64,000 bases of DNA from Actinomycetes bacterium (GTDB taxonomy: Bacteria > Actinomycetota > Thermoleophilia > BMS3ABIN01), in assembly GCA_024276735.1 (NCBI GenBank), contig JAJRWQ010000042.1, positions 4,563-68,562 of the forward strand. The letters run 5' to 3'. Under the pieces are notes generated by a model. That model did not search any database and was not told the origin of the DNA. It saw only the letters and a program-made list of their open reading frames with translations. Position 1 is the first letter of the stretch. Every line of letters starts with the position of its first letter. Of this stretch, positions 9,071 through 18,875 are shown piece after piece. The position numbers and the translations under genes were made by a program.

Positions 9071-11269
9071 ATGAGCAAGATAATCGCCACATCAGCGATC
9101 GCCGGAGCCCACCAGATCTTCGCCGAGGCGGAGGAGAAACTGAAGCAGGCGATCGACACCGTGGGGCCGGAAGCCGCGGTGGAGCTTCCCAACACCGGGT
9201 ACTACCTGCCGGTGATCTACGGTCTCACCGGCATCCGCGTGGAGAAGGTCAAGGACATGGAGCAGGTGCTGGAGCACGCCCGCGAGCTGCTGCCGGAGAA
9301 GCCGGCGGAGTACCTGTGGACGCCCTACCTGGGCACCACGCTGGACGCCGGCATCGCCACCCTCTTCTCGGAGGAGATCATCGAGTCCCTCAAGTACGTG
9401 CTGGAGCCGGGCACCTACACCGAGACCGACGCTCCCACCGATGACAATCTCTGGCTGGGCGCCGCCGACGACGTGATCATGCGCGAGCGCGGCGTGGAGT
9501 TCGTGGACGGCACCGCCCCCGGCTTCGCCGCCATAACCGGTGCCGCGCCGGACGTGGAGACGGCGGTACAGATCGCCAACGAGCTGAAGCAGAAGATGCT
9601 CTACGTGTCCATCGCCGGCAAGGACCAGGGCGTGAGCTTTGCCGAGCAGCTGGTGGAAGGCGGCGTGGAGCTGGGCTGGAACACGCGCCTGGTGCCCTTC
9701 AGCCCTTCCATCTACGGTCACATTTTCTCCCTGGGCTTCGCCACCCGGGCGGCGCTCTCGTTCGGCGGCGTGGAGGCCGGCGACTACCGCAACGTGCTCC
9801 GGTACAACAAGGAGCGCATCTTCGCCTTCGTGCTGGCCTTCGGCGAGGTCACCGACAAGAAGTACGCCACCGCGGCGGGGGCCATCTCTTACGGCTTCCC
9901 CACCATCGCCGACACGCCGATCCCGGAGATCCTGCCCACCGGCGTCTGCACCTACGAGCACGTGGTGAGCGACGTGCCCCACGACGAGATGGTGGCCAAG
10001 GCCATCGAGGTGCGGGGCCTGAAGGTCGTGGTCACCGAGGTGCCGGTGCCGGTGTCGTACAGCCCCGCCTTCGAGGGCGAGCGCATCCGCAAGGGCGAGT
10101 ACTGGGTGGAGATGGCCGGGCCCAAGTCACTGGGCTGCGAGCTCACCGAGATCGCCGAGGACGTGGAGGACGGCAAGGTGGAAGTGGTGGGTCCCGAGAT
10201 CGACGAGGTGGAGGAGGAGTCCACCATCCCCTTCGGCATCCACGTGGAGGTCACCGGCCGCAAGATGCAGAAGGACTTCGAGCCCATCCTCGAGCGCCAG
10301 GGCCACACCTTCTACAACGAGGCCGAGGGCGTGCTGCACATGGGCCAGCGCGACACCATCTGGATGCGCATCAGCAAGCGCGCCAAGGACGCCGGGCTCA
10401 CCTTCGAGCACCTGGGCAAGATCATCCACGCCCGCTACCACAACGACTTCTCGGCGGTGGTGGACAAGGTGCAGGTGACCATCTACACCCGCCAGGAAGA
10501 GGTGGAGAAGCTGCTGGAGAAGGCGCGCCAGGCCTACCAGGAGCGCGACGAGCGCCTGGGCAGCCTCACCGACGAGAACGTGGACACCTTCTATTCCTGT
10601 ATCCTTTGCCAGAGCTTCGCGCCCACGCACGTCTGCGTGATCACGCCGGAGCGGCCGGGCCTCTGCGGCTCCTACAACTGGCTCGACGGCAAGGCAGCCT
10701 ACGAGATGAACCCCACCGGCGGCAACCAGCCGGTGCCCAAGGGCGAGACCATCGACGCGGAGCGGGGGCAGTGGAGCGGCGTCAACGAGTACGTCAAGGA
10801 GCACTCGCAGGGGCAGGTGGAGGCCTTCAACACCTACTCGATGATGGAGAACCCCATGACCTCCTGCGGCTGCTTCGAGGTGATCAGCTGCGTACTGCCC
10901 ATGTGTAACGGCATCATGACCGTCAACCGCGAGTTCGAGGGGGAGACCCCTTCGGGCATGAAGTTCTCCACGCTGGCCGGCTCCGTGGGCGGCGGCGTGC
11001 AGACGCCCGGGTTCCTGGGTCACTCCAAGTTCTACATGGGGTCGCCCAAGTTCATCGCCGCCGACGGCGGCATCAAGCGCCTGGTGTGGATGCCCAAGGA
11101 GCTCAAGGAAGAGATCCGGGACATCCTCCAGAAGGCGGCGGAGCGCGAAGGCGTTCCCGACCTGGTGGACAAGATCGCCACCGAGGAGGACGGCGTCGAG
11201 GAGGAAGAGGTGCTGGAATACCTCACCAAGGTGGGTCATCCGGCGCTGGAGATGGATCCCCTGTTCTGA
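9071..11269 (+). CDS. acsB: acetyl-CoA synthase (A-cluster subunit, AcsB/CdhC)
   Basis: 732 aa; A-cluster motif CILCQSFAPTHVCVITPERPGLCGSYNWLD...CGCFE. Confidence 0.95.
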   Translation: MSKIIATSAIAGAHQIFAEAEEKLKQAIDTVGPEAAVELPNTGYYLPVIYGLTGIRVEKVKDMEQVLEHARELLPEKPAEYLWTPYLGTTLDAGIATLFSEEIIESLKYVLEPGTYTETDAPTDDNLWLGAADDVIMRERGVEFVDGTAPGFAAITGAAPDVETAVQIANELKQKMLYVSIAGKDQGVSFAEQLVEGGVELGWNTRLVPFSPSIYGHIFSLGFATRAALSFGGVEAGDYRNVLRYNKERIFAFVLAFGEVTDKKYATAAGAISYGFPTIADTPIPEILPTGVCTYEHVVSDVPHDEMVAKAIEVRGLKVVVTEVPVPVSYSPAFEGERIRKGEYWVEMAGPKSLGCELTEIAEDVEDGKVEVVGPEIDEVEEESTIPFGIHVEVTGRKMQKDFEPILERQGHTFYNEAEGVLHMGQRDTIWMRISKRAKDAGLTFEHLGKIIHARYHNDFSAVVDKVQVTIYTRQEEVEKLLEKARQAYQERDERLGSLTDENVDTFYSCILCQSFAPTHVCVITPERPGLCGSYNWLDGKAAYEMNPTGGNQPVPKGETIDAERGQWSGVNEYVKEHSQGQVEAFNTYSMMENPMTSCGCFEVISCVLPMCNGIMTVNREFEGETPSGMKFSTLAGSVGGGVQTPGFLGHSKFYMGSPKFIAADGGIKRLVWMPKELKEEIRDILQKAAEREGVPDLVDKIATEEDGVEEEEVLEYLTKVGHPALEMDPLF

Positions 11270-11391
11270 CCGTTCCGGCCTCGCCGGTGGAAAAACGTAC
11301 ATGCCGTGCGTACGGCGGGCGGGCAAGGCTGCGGCTTAACGGCTGCCGCCGGTGATGAAAACTGTTGTCTGTGGAGAAGGGAGTGTAACCA

Positions 11392-12738
11392 GTGGCACTC
11401 AGCGGGCTGCAAATATTCAAGCTGCTTCCCAAGACCAACTGCAAGGAGTGCGGCCAGGCCACCTGCATGGCGTTCGCCATGCAACTCGCCGCCGGCAAGG
11501 CGGAGCTGGACCAGTGCCCCTACGTCTCCGACGAGGCGAAGGCGGAGCTGGGCGAGGCCTCGGCGCCGCCGGTGCGCCGGGTGACCATCGGCGCCGGCGA
11601 CATGGCGGTGACCATCGGCGAGGAGACGGTGCTCTACCGGCACGAGAAGCGCTTCGAGCACATGCCGGGGCTGGGCGTGCTCATCAGCGACGAGATGGAC
11701 GACGCCGAGGTGGACGGTATCCTCGAGCAGCTGTCCCAGCAGGAATTCAACTACGTGGGCCAGACGCTGCGGCCGCGGGTGGCGGCGGTGAAGGCCGCCG
11801 ACGGCGCGGCGCTGGCGGCACTGGCGGCCAAGGCGGACGAGAAGGCGGGCGCGGCGCTGGTGCTGGTGAGCGAGGACGCGGAGGCGCTCAAGCAGGCGGC
11901 GGAGCCGCTCAAGGACAAGAAGCCGCTGCTCTACGCGGCCACCGAGTCCAACTTCGACGCCGTCTCCGCGGTGGCCAAGGAGCTGGACGTTCCCTTCGCC
12001 ATCAAGGCCGATTCCCTGGACGCGCTGGCGGACCTGGGACAGAAGGCCGTCGACGGCGACTTCAAGGAAGTGGTGCTGGATCCCTCCTCGGCCACGCTGG
12101 GCGAGGTGCTCAGGGACCAGACGCTGATCCGCCGGGCGGCGGTGAAGCAGACCTTCCGGCCCTTTGGTTTCCCCACCATCGGCTTTCCCTGCAACATGAC
12201 CGACGACAAGATGCAGGAAGCCGTCTTTGCTTCCACCTTCATCGCTAAGTACGCCGGTTTGGTGATCCTCTCCGATCTCGACCCGGCGCGGACCATGCCG
12301 CTGCTCTACCTGGCGCAGAACATCTACACCGATCCGCAGCGGCCGATGCAGATGGACCAGGGCATCTATCCCATCAACGACCCGGACGAGAACGCGCCCA
12401 TCCTGGTGACCACCAACTTCTCGCTCACCTACTTCACCGTCTCCTCGGAAGTGGAGGCCAGCAAGGTGCCCGCGTGGCTCTGCGTGATGGACGTGGAGGG
12501 CCAGTCGGTACTCACCGCCTGGGCGGCGGGCAAGTTCGTCGCCGACGCCATCGCCCCCTTCCTGAAGAAGAGCGGCATCGAGGAGAAGGCGCCGCACAAG
12601 AAGGTGACCATCCCCGGTTACGTGGCGCAGATCTCCGGCGAGCTGGAAGAGGAGCTGGGCGAGGGCTGGCAGGTGCAGGTGGGCGTGCGCGAGGCCGCCG
12701 ACATTCCCAAGTACCTGAAGCAGATCAGCGAAAACTGA
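11392..12738 (+). CDS. acsC: corrinoid iron-sulfur protein large subunit (AcsC/CdhE)
   Basis: N-terminal 4Fe-4S motif CKECGQATCMAFAMQLA...CPY plus TIM barrel and B12-binding domain. GTG start at 11392 follows GGAGAAGGGAG. Confidence 0.9.
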   Translation: MALSGLQIFKLLPKTNCKECGQATCMAFAMQLAAGKAELDQCPYVSDEAKAELGEASAPPVRRVTIGAGDMAVTIGEETVLYRHEKRFEHMPGLGVLISDEMDDAEVDGILEQLSQQEFNYVGQTLRPRVAAVKAADGAALAALAAKADEKAGAALVLVSEDAEALKQAAEPLKDKKPLLYAATESNFDAVSAVAKELDVPFAIKADSLDALADLGQKAVDGDFKEVVLDPSSATLGEVLRDQTLIRRAAVKQTFRPFGFPTIGFPCNMTDDKMQEAVFASTFIAKYAGLVILSDLDPARTMPLLYLAQNIYTDPQRPMQMDQGIYPINDPDENAPILVTTNFSLTYFTVSSEVEASKVPAWLCVMDVEGQSVLTAWAAGKFVADAIAPFLKKSGIEEKAPHKKVTIPGYVAQISGELEEELGEGWQVQVGVREAADIPKYLKQISEN

Positions 12739-12805
12739 GGCACGGCTGGGCGGCGGAAGCAGGTGCGGCCACTGATGCCGCCGGCGTCCGTCGCCGGCAG
12801 GAGAG

Positions 12806-14815
12806 ATGGCTGACATTCCCACCATAACCAGGAGTGTTTCCCGGCCGGTCTCCGGGGACGAGGCGCTGCGCCCGCCCTGCGAGGTGGCCTGCCCGATCCA
12901 TACCGACGTCCAGCGTTACGTGCAGCTGGTGGCCGAGGGCAAGCCGGCGGCGGCGCTGGCGGTGGTGCGGGAGACCAACCCCCTGCCCCAGGTGATCGGC
13001 CGCATCTGCGCCCATCCCTGCGAGGACAGCTGCCGCCGGGGACAGGTGGACGAGCCGGTGGCCATCTGCAATCTCAAGCGCGCCGCCTCCGACGGCGCCG
13101 CGGCGGCCGGCGAAGTACCGCCACCGCCCGAGCCCCAGTACGGCGACAAGCGGGTGGCGGTGATCGGCTCCGGCCCCTCGGGGCTGGCGGCGGCGCACGA
13201 CCTGGCGCTGATGGGGATTCGCTCGGTGATCTTTGAAAAACAGCCGGAACCGGGGGGCTTCCTGCGCACCGGCATCCTCGAGTACCGCCTGCCCAAGGAG
13301 ATTCTCGACCAGGACATCGCGTACATCACCGGCATGGGCGTGGAGATCAAGACCGGTGTTTCCGTGGGCAGCGACGTCACCCTGCCCCAGCTCCGGGAGG
13401 AGTTCGACGCCGTGCTCATCGCCGTGGGGCTCTCCCGCAGCCGCCCGCTGCCCATCCCCGGCGCCGACCTGGAGGGGGTGCTCCTCGCGGTGCCCTTCCT
13501 GGAGGACGTGAACGCCGGCCGCGAGGTGAAGCTGGGCGAGGAGATCATCGTCATCGGCGGCGGCAACGTGGCCATCGACGTGGCCCGCTCGGCCCGGCGG
13601 CTCTCGGGGGGCAAGGTGACCATGGTTTGCCTGGAGGCGGACCACGAGATGCCGGCCCATCCCTGGGAGATCGAGGACGCCGTGAGCGAGGGCATCGAGA
13701 TCATCTGCAGCCAGGGGCCGAACCGCATCGTCGGCGACGGGCGGGTCGAGGGCCTGGAGATGAAGAAGTGCGAGTCGGTCTTCGACGAGCAGGGGCGCTT
13801 TGCCCCCACCTTCTGCGAGACCTAGCTCTCCACCCTGCCCGGGGACACGGTGATCATCGCCATCGGCCAGATGTCGGATCTCTCCTTCGTGGACGACGGC
13901 GGGCCGCGCCTGGACGAGCGGGGGCTGCTGGTCTTCGACGCCGACCGCCAGGCCACCACCAGCCCCGACGTCTTTGCCAGCGGTGAGGTGGTGACCGGCC
14001 CCGGCGCTGCCGTGAACGCCATCGCCAGCGGCAAGCGCGCCGCCGTGGCCATCGCCCGTTACCTGGGGGTGGCGGCGGCGGAGCTGCCCGATCCCGACCC
14101 CATCGGCGAGCTGCCGAAAAGGCTGCGCGAGGGCTACGTGAAGCCGGCGCCGCGGCGGCGGATGCCGGCGCGCGACAGCAAGGAGCGCATCGAGGATTTC
14201 CAGGAGGTGGAGCTGGGATTCGCGGAGGTGGACGCCCGCTGCGAGGCCTCCCGCTGCCTGCTTTGTGGCAGCGGCGCCCGTTACTCGCAGCTCAAGTGCG
14301 TTTCCTGCCTCACCTGCGTGCGTGTCTGTCCCTACGGGGCGCCGTGGGCCGACAAGGATGGCCTGGGGGGCATCGATCCCGCGGCCTGCCAGGCCTGCGG
14401 CATCTGTTACACCCAGTGCCCCGCCAAGGCGATCGACCTGGAAGTGCGCAGCGAGGAGCAGGTGCTGGCGGAGATCGAGGAAAAGCTCGCCGGCGGCGGT
14501 GAGCTGGAGATCGGCTGCTGGTATCCCCAGTCGCGGGTGGCGCCCGATGCCGCGGCGGTGCTGCTTCCCTGCACCGCCCGCGTGAGCGTGCTGATGCTTT
14601 TGAGGGCGCTGGAGGCGGGGGCGGAGAAGGTTTACGTGGCCGTCTGCAGCGACGACGATGACGGCCACTTCAAGCACGGCCACCGGCAGACGCAGGCGGC
14701 GGTGGCGGAGGCGCGGGCGGCGCTGGAGGACATCGAGATGGACCCGGACGCCATCGAGCTGGTGGTAGTGGGAGAGAAGAAGTGCCTCCAGGGCAAGGGA
14801 GCGCCGGAAAAGTGA
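12806..14815 (+). pseudogene. GltD/NfnB-like NAD(P)H flavin oxidoreductase fused to 2x[4Fe-4S] ferredoxin and MvhD/FlpD domain; interrupted by an in-frame TAG at 13823-13825
   Basis: ORFs 12806..13825 and 13850..14815 are in the same frame, separated only by TAG plus 8 sense codons. The N part carries GltD Cys motifs and the Rossmann motif VAVIGSGPSGLAAA. The C part carries ferredoxin motifs CLLCGSG...CVSCLTCVRVCPYG...CQACGICYTQCP and an MvhD-like ...LLPCTARV...VAVCSDDDDGHFKHGH. The stop falls inside the FAD/NAD fold where a paralog (nfnB-like) has Tyr. Confidence 0.7.
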
Positions 14816-14858
14816 CGCCGGGCCGCCCGGCACGACCAAGGGAGCATTGCGGTAACCG

Positions 14859-15527
14859 ATGATAGTTGCCAAGCCAAAACCATTTCGCAAGATCAAGCAG
14901 TTCACCGATCCCTACCAGAACATCCTGGTGGTGGGATGCAATACCTGCGTCGCCGTCTGCCTCACCGGCGGCGAGAAGGAGGCGGAGCAGCTGGCGGCCA
15001 AGATCCGCTTGCACCGCCGCCGGGAGGGGCTGGGGGGCACGGTGGACACGGTGACGGTGCTCCGGCAGTGCGAGCATGAGTACATCGAGGAGATAAAGGA
15101 CGAGGTGGAAGGCCGGGATCTCATCCTCTCCACCGCCTGCAGCATCGGGCCGCAGGCGCTGGCCGAGCGCTACCAGGACGTGCGGGTGGTGCCGGGAATG
15201 AACACCAAGATGCTGGGCATGGTGAAGGAGCACCACACCTGGAGCGAGTACTGCGTGGCCTGCGGCGACTGCGTGCTGCACAAGACCGGCGGGCTCTGTC
15301 CCATCGCCCGCTGCGCCAAGGAGCTGCTGAACGGCCCCTGCGGCGGCTCCCAGGGAGGTCGCTGCGAGATCTCGCCCGAGGTGGAGTGCATCTGGCAGTC
15401 GATCCACGATCGCCTCAAGCGGCTGGGGATGGAGAATGACCTGAAGAAGATCCTGGGGCCGCGGAACTGGTCCTGGTCCAAGCACGGGGGCCCGCGGACC
15501 TTCCACAAGGAAGGATTCAAGCCATGA
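14859..15527 (+). CDS. metV: methylene-THF reductase C-terminal-domain (zinc-ribbon-like) partner protein
   Basis: Cys-rich pattern (VVGCNTCVAVC, CVACGDCVLHKTGGLCPIARCAKELLNGPCGG) typical of MetV. It overlaps metF by 4 nt. Confidence 0.85.
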   Translation: MIVAKPKPFRKIKQFTDPYQNILVVGCNTCVAVCLTGGEKEAEQLAAKIRLHRRREGLGGTVDTVTVLRQCEHEYIEEIKDEVEGRDLILSTACSIGPQALAERYQDVRVVPGMNTKMLGMVKEHHTWSEYCVACGDCVLHKTGGLCPIARCAKELLNGPCGGSQGGRCEISPEVECIWQSIHDRLKRLGMENDLKKILGPRNWSWSKHGGPRTFHKEGFKP

Positions 15528-16444
15528 AGTCCGGTTCCACCCTGGAAAAGGTACTGGTGGCGGGGAACTTCGCGGTCACCGCCGAGCTGGGACCGCCCAA
15601 GGGCGCCGACGCCCAGGTGATCATCGACAAGGCCCGCATCCTCTCGGGGCACGTCGACGCGGTGAACATCACCGACAACCAGACGGCCATCGCCCGCATG
15701 AGCAGCATGGCGGCGGCGAAGCTGGTGATCGAGCAGGGGATGGAGCCGATCATGCAGATGACCTGCCGCGACCGCAACCGCCTGGCGATGCAGGCCGACA
15801 TCCTGGGGGCTGCCGCCCTGGGGGTGAAGAACCTGCTCTGCCTCACCGGTGACCACCAGAGCTTCGGCAACCATCCCAAGTCCAAGGGTGTCTACGACCT
15901 GGACTCGGTGACCCTGGTGCGGATGGTCAAGGACATGCGCGACGTCCCCGCCTTCCAGTGCGGCGAGGAGATCACCGTGGCGCCGGAGCTGTTCATCGGC
16001 GCCGCCGCCAACCCTTACGCCGATCCCTTCCCCTTCCGGGCGATCCGCCTGGCCAAGAAGGTGGAGGCGGGCATCGACTTCGTGCAGACCCAGATCGTCT
16101 ACAATACCGAAAAGTTCGCGGAGTTCATGGCCCAGTGCCGGGAACTGGGCATCACCGAGAGGTGCCACATTCTCGCCGGCGTGGCGCCGCTGAAGAGCGC
16201 CGGCATGGCCAAGTACATGAAGAACCGCGTCGCCGGCATGGACGTGCCCGACGCGGTGGTGAAGCGCATGGAGGACGCCACCGACGCCGCCGAGGAGGGC
16301 ATCGACATCTGCGTGGAGATCATCGAGCAGGTGCGCGCCGTGGAGGGCGTTTCCGGCGTGCACATCATGGCGGTGGAATGGGAAGAGGCGGTGCCGGAGA
16401 TAACCGCCCGCGCCGGGCTGAAACCGGGATCGGCATCGTTGTAG
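15524..16444 (+). CDS. metF: 5,10-methylene-THF reductase
   Basis: MTHFR TIM-barrel motifs (VNITDNQTAIARMSS, MQMTCRDRNR, LCLTGDH); ends TAG. Confidence 0.9.
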   Translation: MKSGSTLEKVLVAGNFAVTAELGPPKGADAQVIIDKARILSGHVDAVNITDNQTAIARMSSMAAAKLVIEQGMEPIMQMTCRDRNRLAMQADILGAAALGVKNLLCLTGDHQSFGNHPKSKGVYDLDSVTLVRMVKDMRDVPAFQCGEEITVAPELFIGAAANPYADPFPFRAIRLAKKVEAGIDFVQTQIVYNTEKFAEFMAQCRELGITERCHILAGVAPLKSAGMAKYMKNRVAGMDVPDAVVKRMEDATDAAEEGIDICVEIIEQVRAVEGVSGVHIMAVEWEEAVPEITARAGLKPGSASL

Positions 16445-16572
16445 AATACTAGGCCACGGTTCCCGGCCGCCGGACCCGGTGACATCTGCGCCGGGCGGTG
16501 CCGGAAGGGCAACGGCGCCCGCGATCACCCCGGCGCCCCGGGGCCGACATCAAACCAGCTTTCAAGGAGGAC

Positions 16573-17364
16573 GTGTTGAAGACCATAGCCGAGAACATCA
16601 ACGTGATGTCCAAGAGCATCGGCGCGGCGATGAAGGACCGCGACCCGGGGCCGATCCAGGAGATGGCCAAGCGCTGCACCGAGGCCGGCGCCGACCTGCT
16701 GGACATCAACCTGGGGCCGGCGCGCAAGGACGGGCCGGAGATGATGGAGTGGGTGGTGAACACGGTGCAGGAGGTCTCCGACCTCCAGCTCTGCCTGGAC
16801 ACCAGCAACCACGAGGCGATGGAGGCCGGCATCCAGGCCTGCAAGAAGCCGCCGCTGCTCAACTCGTTCAGCGCCCAGCCGGACAAGATGGAGGACATCC
16901 TGCCGCTGGCGGCGAAGTACGACTGCGAGATCATCGGCCTCACCATGTCCACCCACATTCCCATCGATACCGACGAGCGCATCGCCATCGCCTACGAGAT
17001 CGTCGCCGCCGCCAACGAGCTGGGCATCCCCAACGAGCGCATCTGGATCGATCCCATCATCCTGCCCATCGGCGTCGAGGTGGGCCAGGCGCACGCGGTG
17101 GCGGTGCAGGAGGTGCTGAAGATGCTGCCGGAGGTCTTCGATCCGCCGGTGCAGACAACCTGTGGCCTTTCAAATACCTCCAACGGCGCCCCGGACGAGT
17201 TGCGCAGCGCCATCGACCGGGCCTTCCTGCCGATGCTGGCCGCCTGCGGCCTCACCTCGGCGATCGTCAACGCCTGCGACCCGGAGATGATGCGCACGGT
17301 GCGGCTGATCAACGCCCTCCGGAACGAGTCGCTTTATTCAGTTTCCGACGCCGAGCTCAAGTAG
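16573..17364 (+). CDS. acsE: methyl-THF:corrinoid Fe-S protein methyltransferase
   Basis: Pterin-binding (DHPS-like) fold. GTG-TTG start gives MLKTIAENIN, colinear with the family-typical MLIIGERING. AAGGAGG precedes it. Confidence 0.9.
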   Translation: MLKTIAENINVMSKSIGAAMKDRDPGPIQEMAKRCTEAGADLLDINLGPARKDGPEMMEWVVNTVQEVSDLQLCLDTSNHEAMEAGIQACKKPPLLNSFSAQPDKMEDILPLAAKYDCEIIGLTMSTHIPIDTDERIAIAYEIVAAANELGIPNERIWIDPIILPIGVEVGQAHAVAVQEVLKMLPEVFDPPVQTTCGLSNTSNGAPDELRSAIDRAFLPMLAACGLTSAIVNACDPEMMRTVRLINALRNESLYSVSDAELK

Positions 17365-17401
17365 CCGGCGCGGGTAGCGGCGGAAGAGAGTACGGCAGCG
17401 G

Positions 17402-18769
17402 ATGGCCACCAGCGCAGCGGACATCATCGATTCCATGAGCGGCAGCCCGCTGGCCGAGGTGCTCAGGGAGCTGCAGCGGCAGCAGGGCTTTCTCGGGGAG
17501 GAAGCGCTGGAGCTGCTGGCGCGCCAGCGGCGGGCTTCGCTGACCCAGGTCTACGCGGTGGCGGCGTCTTTCCCGGGCCTGGTGTTCGACGAGAAGGCGG
17601 AGCGGGCGCGCCCGGGGCTGCCGGAGGCAGATGAACCCGATTTCTTCAGCCGGGTGGTAGAGCCGGAAGCGGCGGCGGTGCTCACGCGCGGCCCCCTGGC
17701 GGCGCGTTTCGAGGACCCGCCGGCGGACCTGGAGGCGTATCGCCGAAGCGGCGGCCTGGAGGCGCTGGCGCGGGCGCGGGAGATAAAGCCGGAGCAGGTG
17801 CTCTCCGAGGTGGTGCTGGGAAAGATCACCCGCAACACCGCCGGCTGGCAACGGGCGGCGACGGCGCTCGAACCCCCGGTGATCGTCGCCAACGCCTGTG
17901 CCGGCGACCCGGTGGCGGGCCAGGCCCAGAAGCTGCTGGCGGCGGACGCCTGGGCGGTGCTGGAGGGCATGTTCATCGCCTCGCTGGCGCTGGGCGCCGA
18001 GCGCGGCTTCGTCTACGTGGACCCGGGATCGGCAGAGCGCTGCCGCTCGCTGGCCTCCGTGGCGAAGGCGATGATGGAAGCCTGGGAGCCCGGTTTCCGG
18101 GTGGAGGTCTTTTGCGGCCCCCGCAGCCTGGTGGGCTCCGAGGAGAGCGCGGTGCTGGCGGCCATCGAGGGACGGCGGCCGCTGGCGGGAAAGGCTTCCG
18201 AGGAAGAATTGAGCCTTTGGGGCGGGCCGGTGCTGGTGGACGGCGTGGAGGTTTTCGCCGCCATCACCGCCGTTCTCGCCAGTGGCGAGCGGGTGGATAC
18301 GCGCCTCTACCAGGTATCCGGCGCCGTGGTGGAACGGCCCGGGATCGTGGAGGCGACGCCCTCGGTGACGGTGCGGGAGCTGATGGAGACGGCGGGCGCC
18401 GAGGCCGGCGCCGAGGCGCTGCTGGGCGGCCTGTCGGGCGTGTTTCTCACCGAGGGCGAGCTGGACCAGGCGGTGGGCGAGCTGGAGACGGCGGACAACC
18501 CCCGCTGGCGCACGGTGCACGTGCTCAGGGACCGGCGCGATATCTATCCCATCGCCGTGCAGTCGGCGGCCTACAACGCCGCCGGCCTTTGCGGTTACTG
18601 CGTGCCCTGCCGTATCGGCTCGGCACGCATGGCGGAGATGCTGGAGCACTATCCGCTGGACGTGCAGGCGCTTGAGCAGGTAGCGGCGCTCGTGGTAAAA
18701 ACAGGCATCTGCAGCGCCGGCCGCGGTGCCGCCGGCATGGTGGCGTCGGCGCTGAAACACATCGTCTAA
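17402..18769 (+). CDS. NuoE-like / NuoF-like fusion protein with degenerate FMN and NADH motifs but an intact C-terminal 4Fe-4S site
   Basis: N-term LAEVLRELQRQQGFLGEEALELLARQRRASLTQVYAVAASFP follows the NuoE pattern but lacks the 2Fe-2S cysteines. The middle VIVANACAGDPVAG...VFCGPRSLVGSEESAVLAAIEG...GGPVLVDGVEVFAAI aligns to NuoF, with GGAGFPTG replaced by NTAGWQRA. C-term CGYCVPCRIG...GICSAG supplies 4 Cys. Confidence 0.6.
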   Translation: MATSAADIIDSMSGSPLAEVLRELQRQQGFLGEEALELLARQRRASLTQVYAVAASFPGLVFDEKAERARPGLPEADEPDFFSRVVEPEAAAVLTRGPLAARFEDPPADLEAYRRSGGLEALARAREIKPEQVLSEVVLGKITRNTAGWQRAATALEPPVIVANACAGDPVAGQAQKLLAADAWAVLEGMFIASLALGAERGFVYVDPGSAERCRSLASVAKAMMEAWEPGFRVEVFCGPRSLVGSEESAVLAAIEGRRPLAGKASEEELSLWGGPVLVDGVEVFAAITAVLASGERVDTRLYQVSGAVVERPGIVEATPSVTVRELMETAGAEAGAEALLGGLSGVFLTEGELDQAVGELETADNPRWRTVHVLRDRRDIYPIAVQSAAYNAAGLCGYCVPCRIGSARMAEMLEHYPLDVQALEQVAALVVKTGICSAGRGAAGMVASALKHIV

Positions 18770-18875
18770 AGCAAAAAGTTCCGGCGAGGTTGCTCGCTTG
18801 CGGTCGAACCCGCGAGGCGGCTGGTTCCGCCGCAAGCCAGCGGGGCCGGGCCGGAACCGGAGCCAAGAGGAGGCC

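Noticed and set aside
13823-13825. TAG as pyrrolysine, or a genome-wide stop-codon reassignment, to explain the in-frame TAG and TAA.
   Set aside because: TAG, TAA and TGA each terminate well-conserved genes at family-typical lengths in this window (metF ends TAG, acsA ends TAA, many end TGA). No pyl genes are present here, and the interrupted positions are not conserved catalytic residues. A pseudogene or sequence error is more likely. TGA in fdhA is the exception and is explained by Sec plus SECIS.
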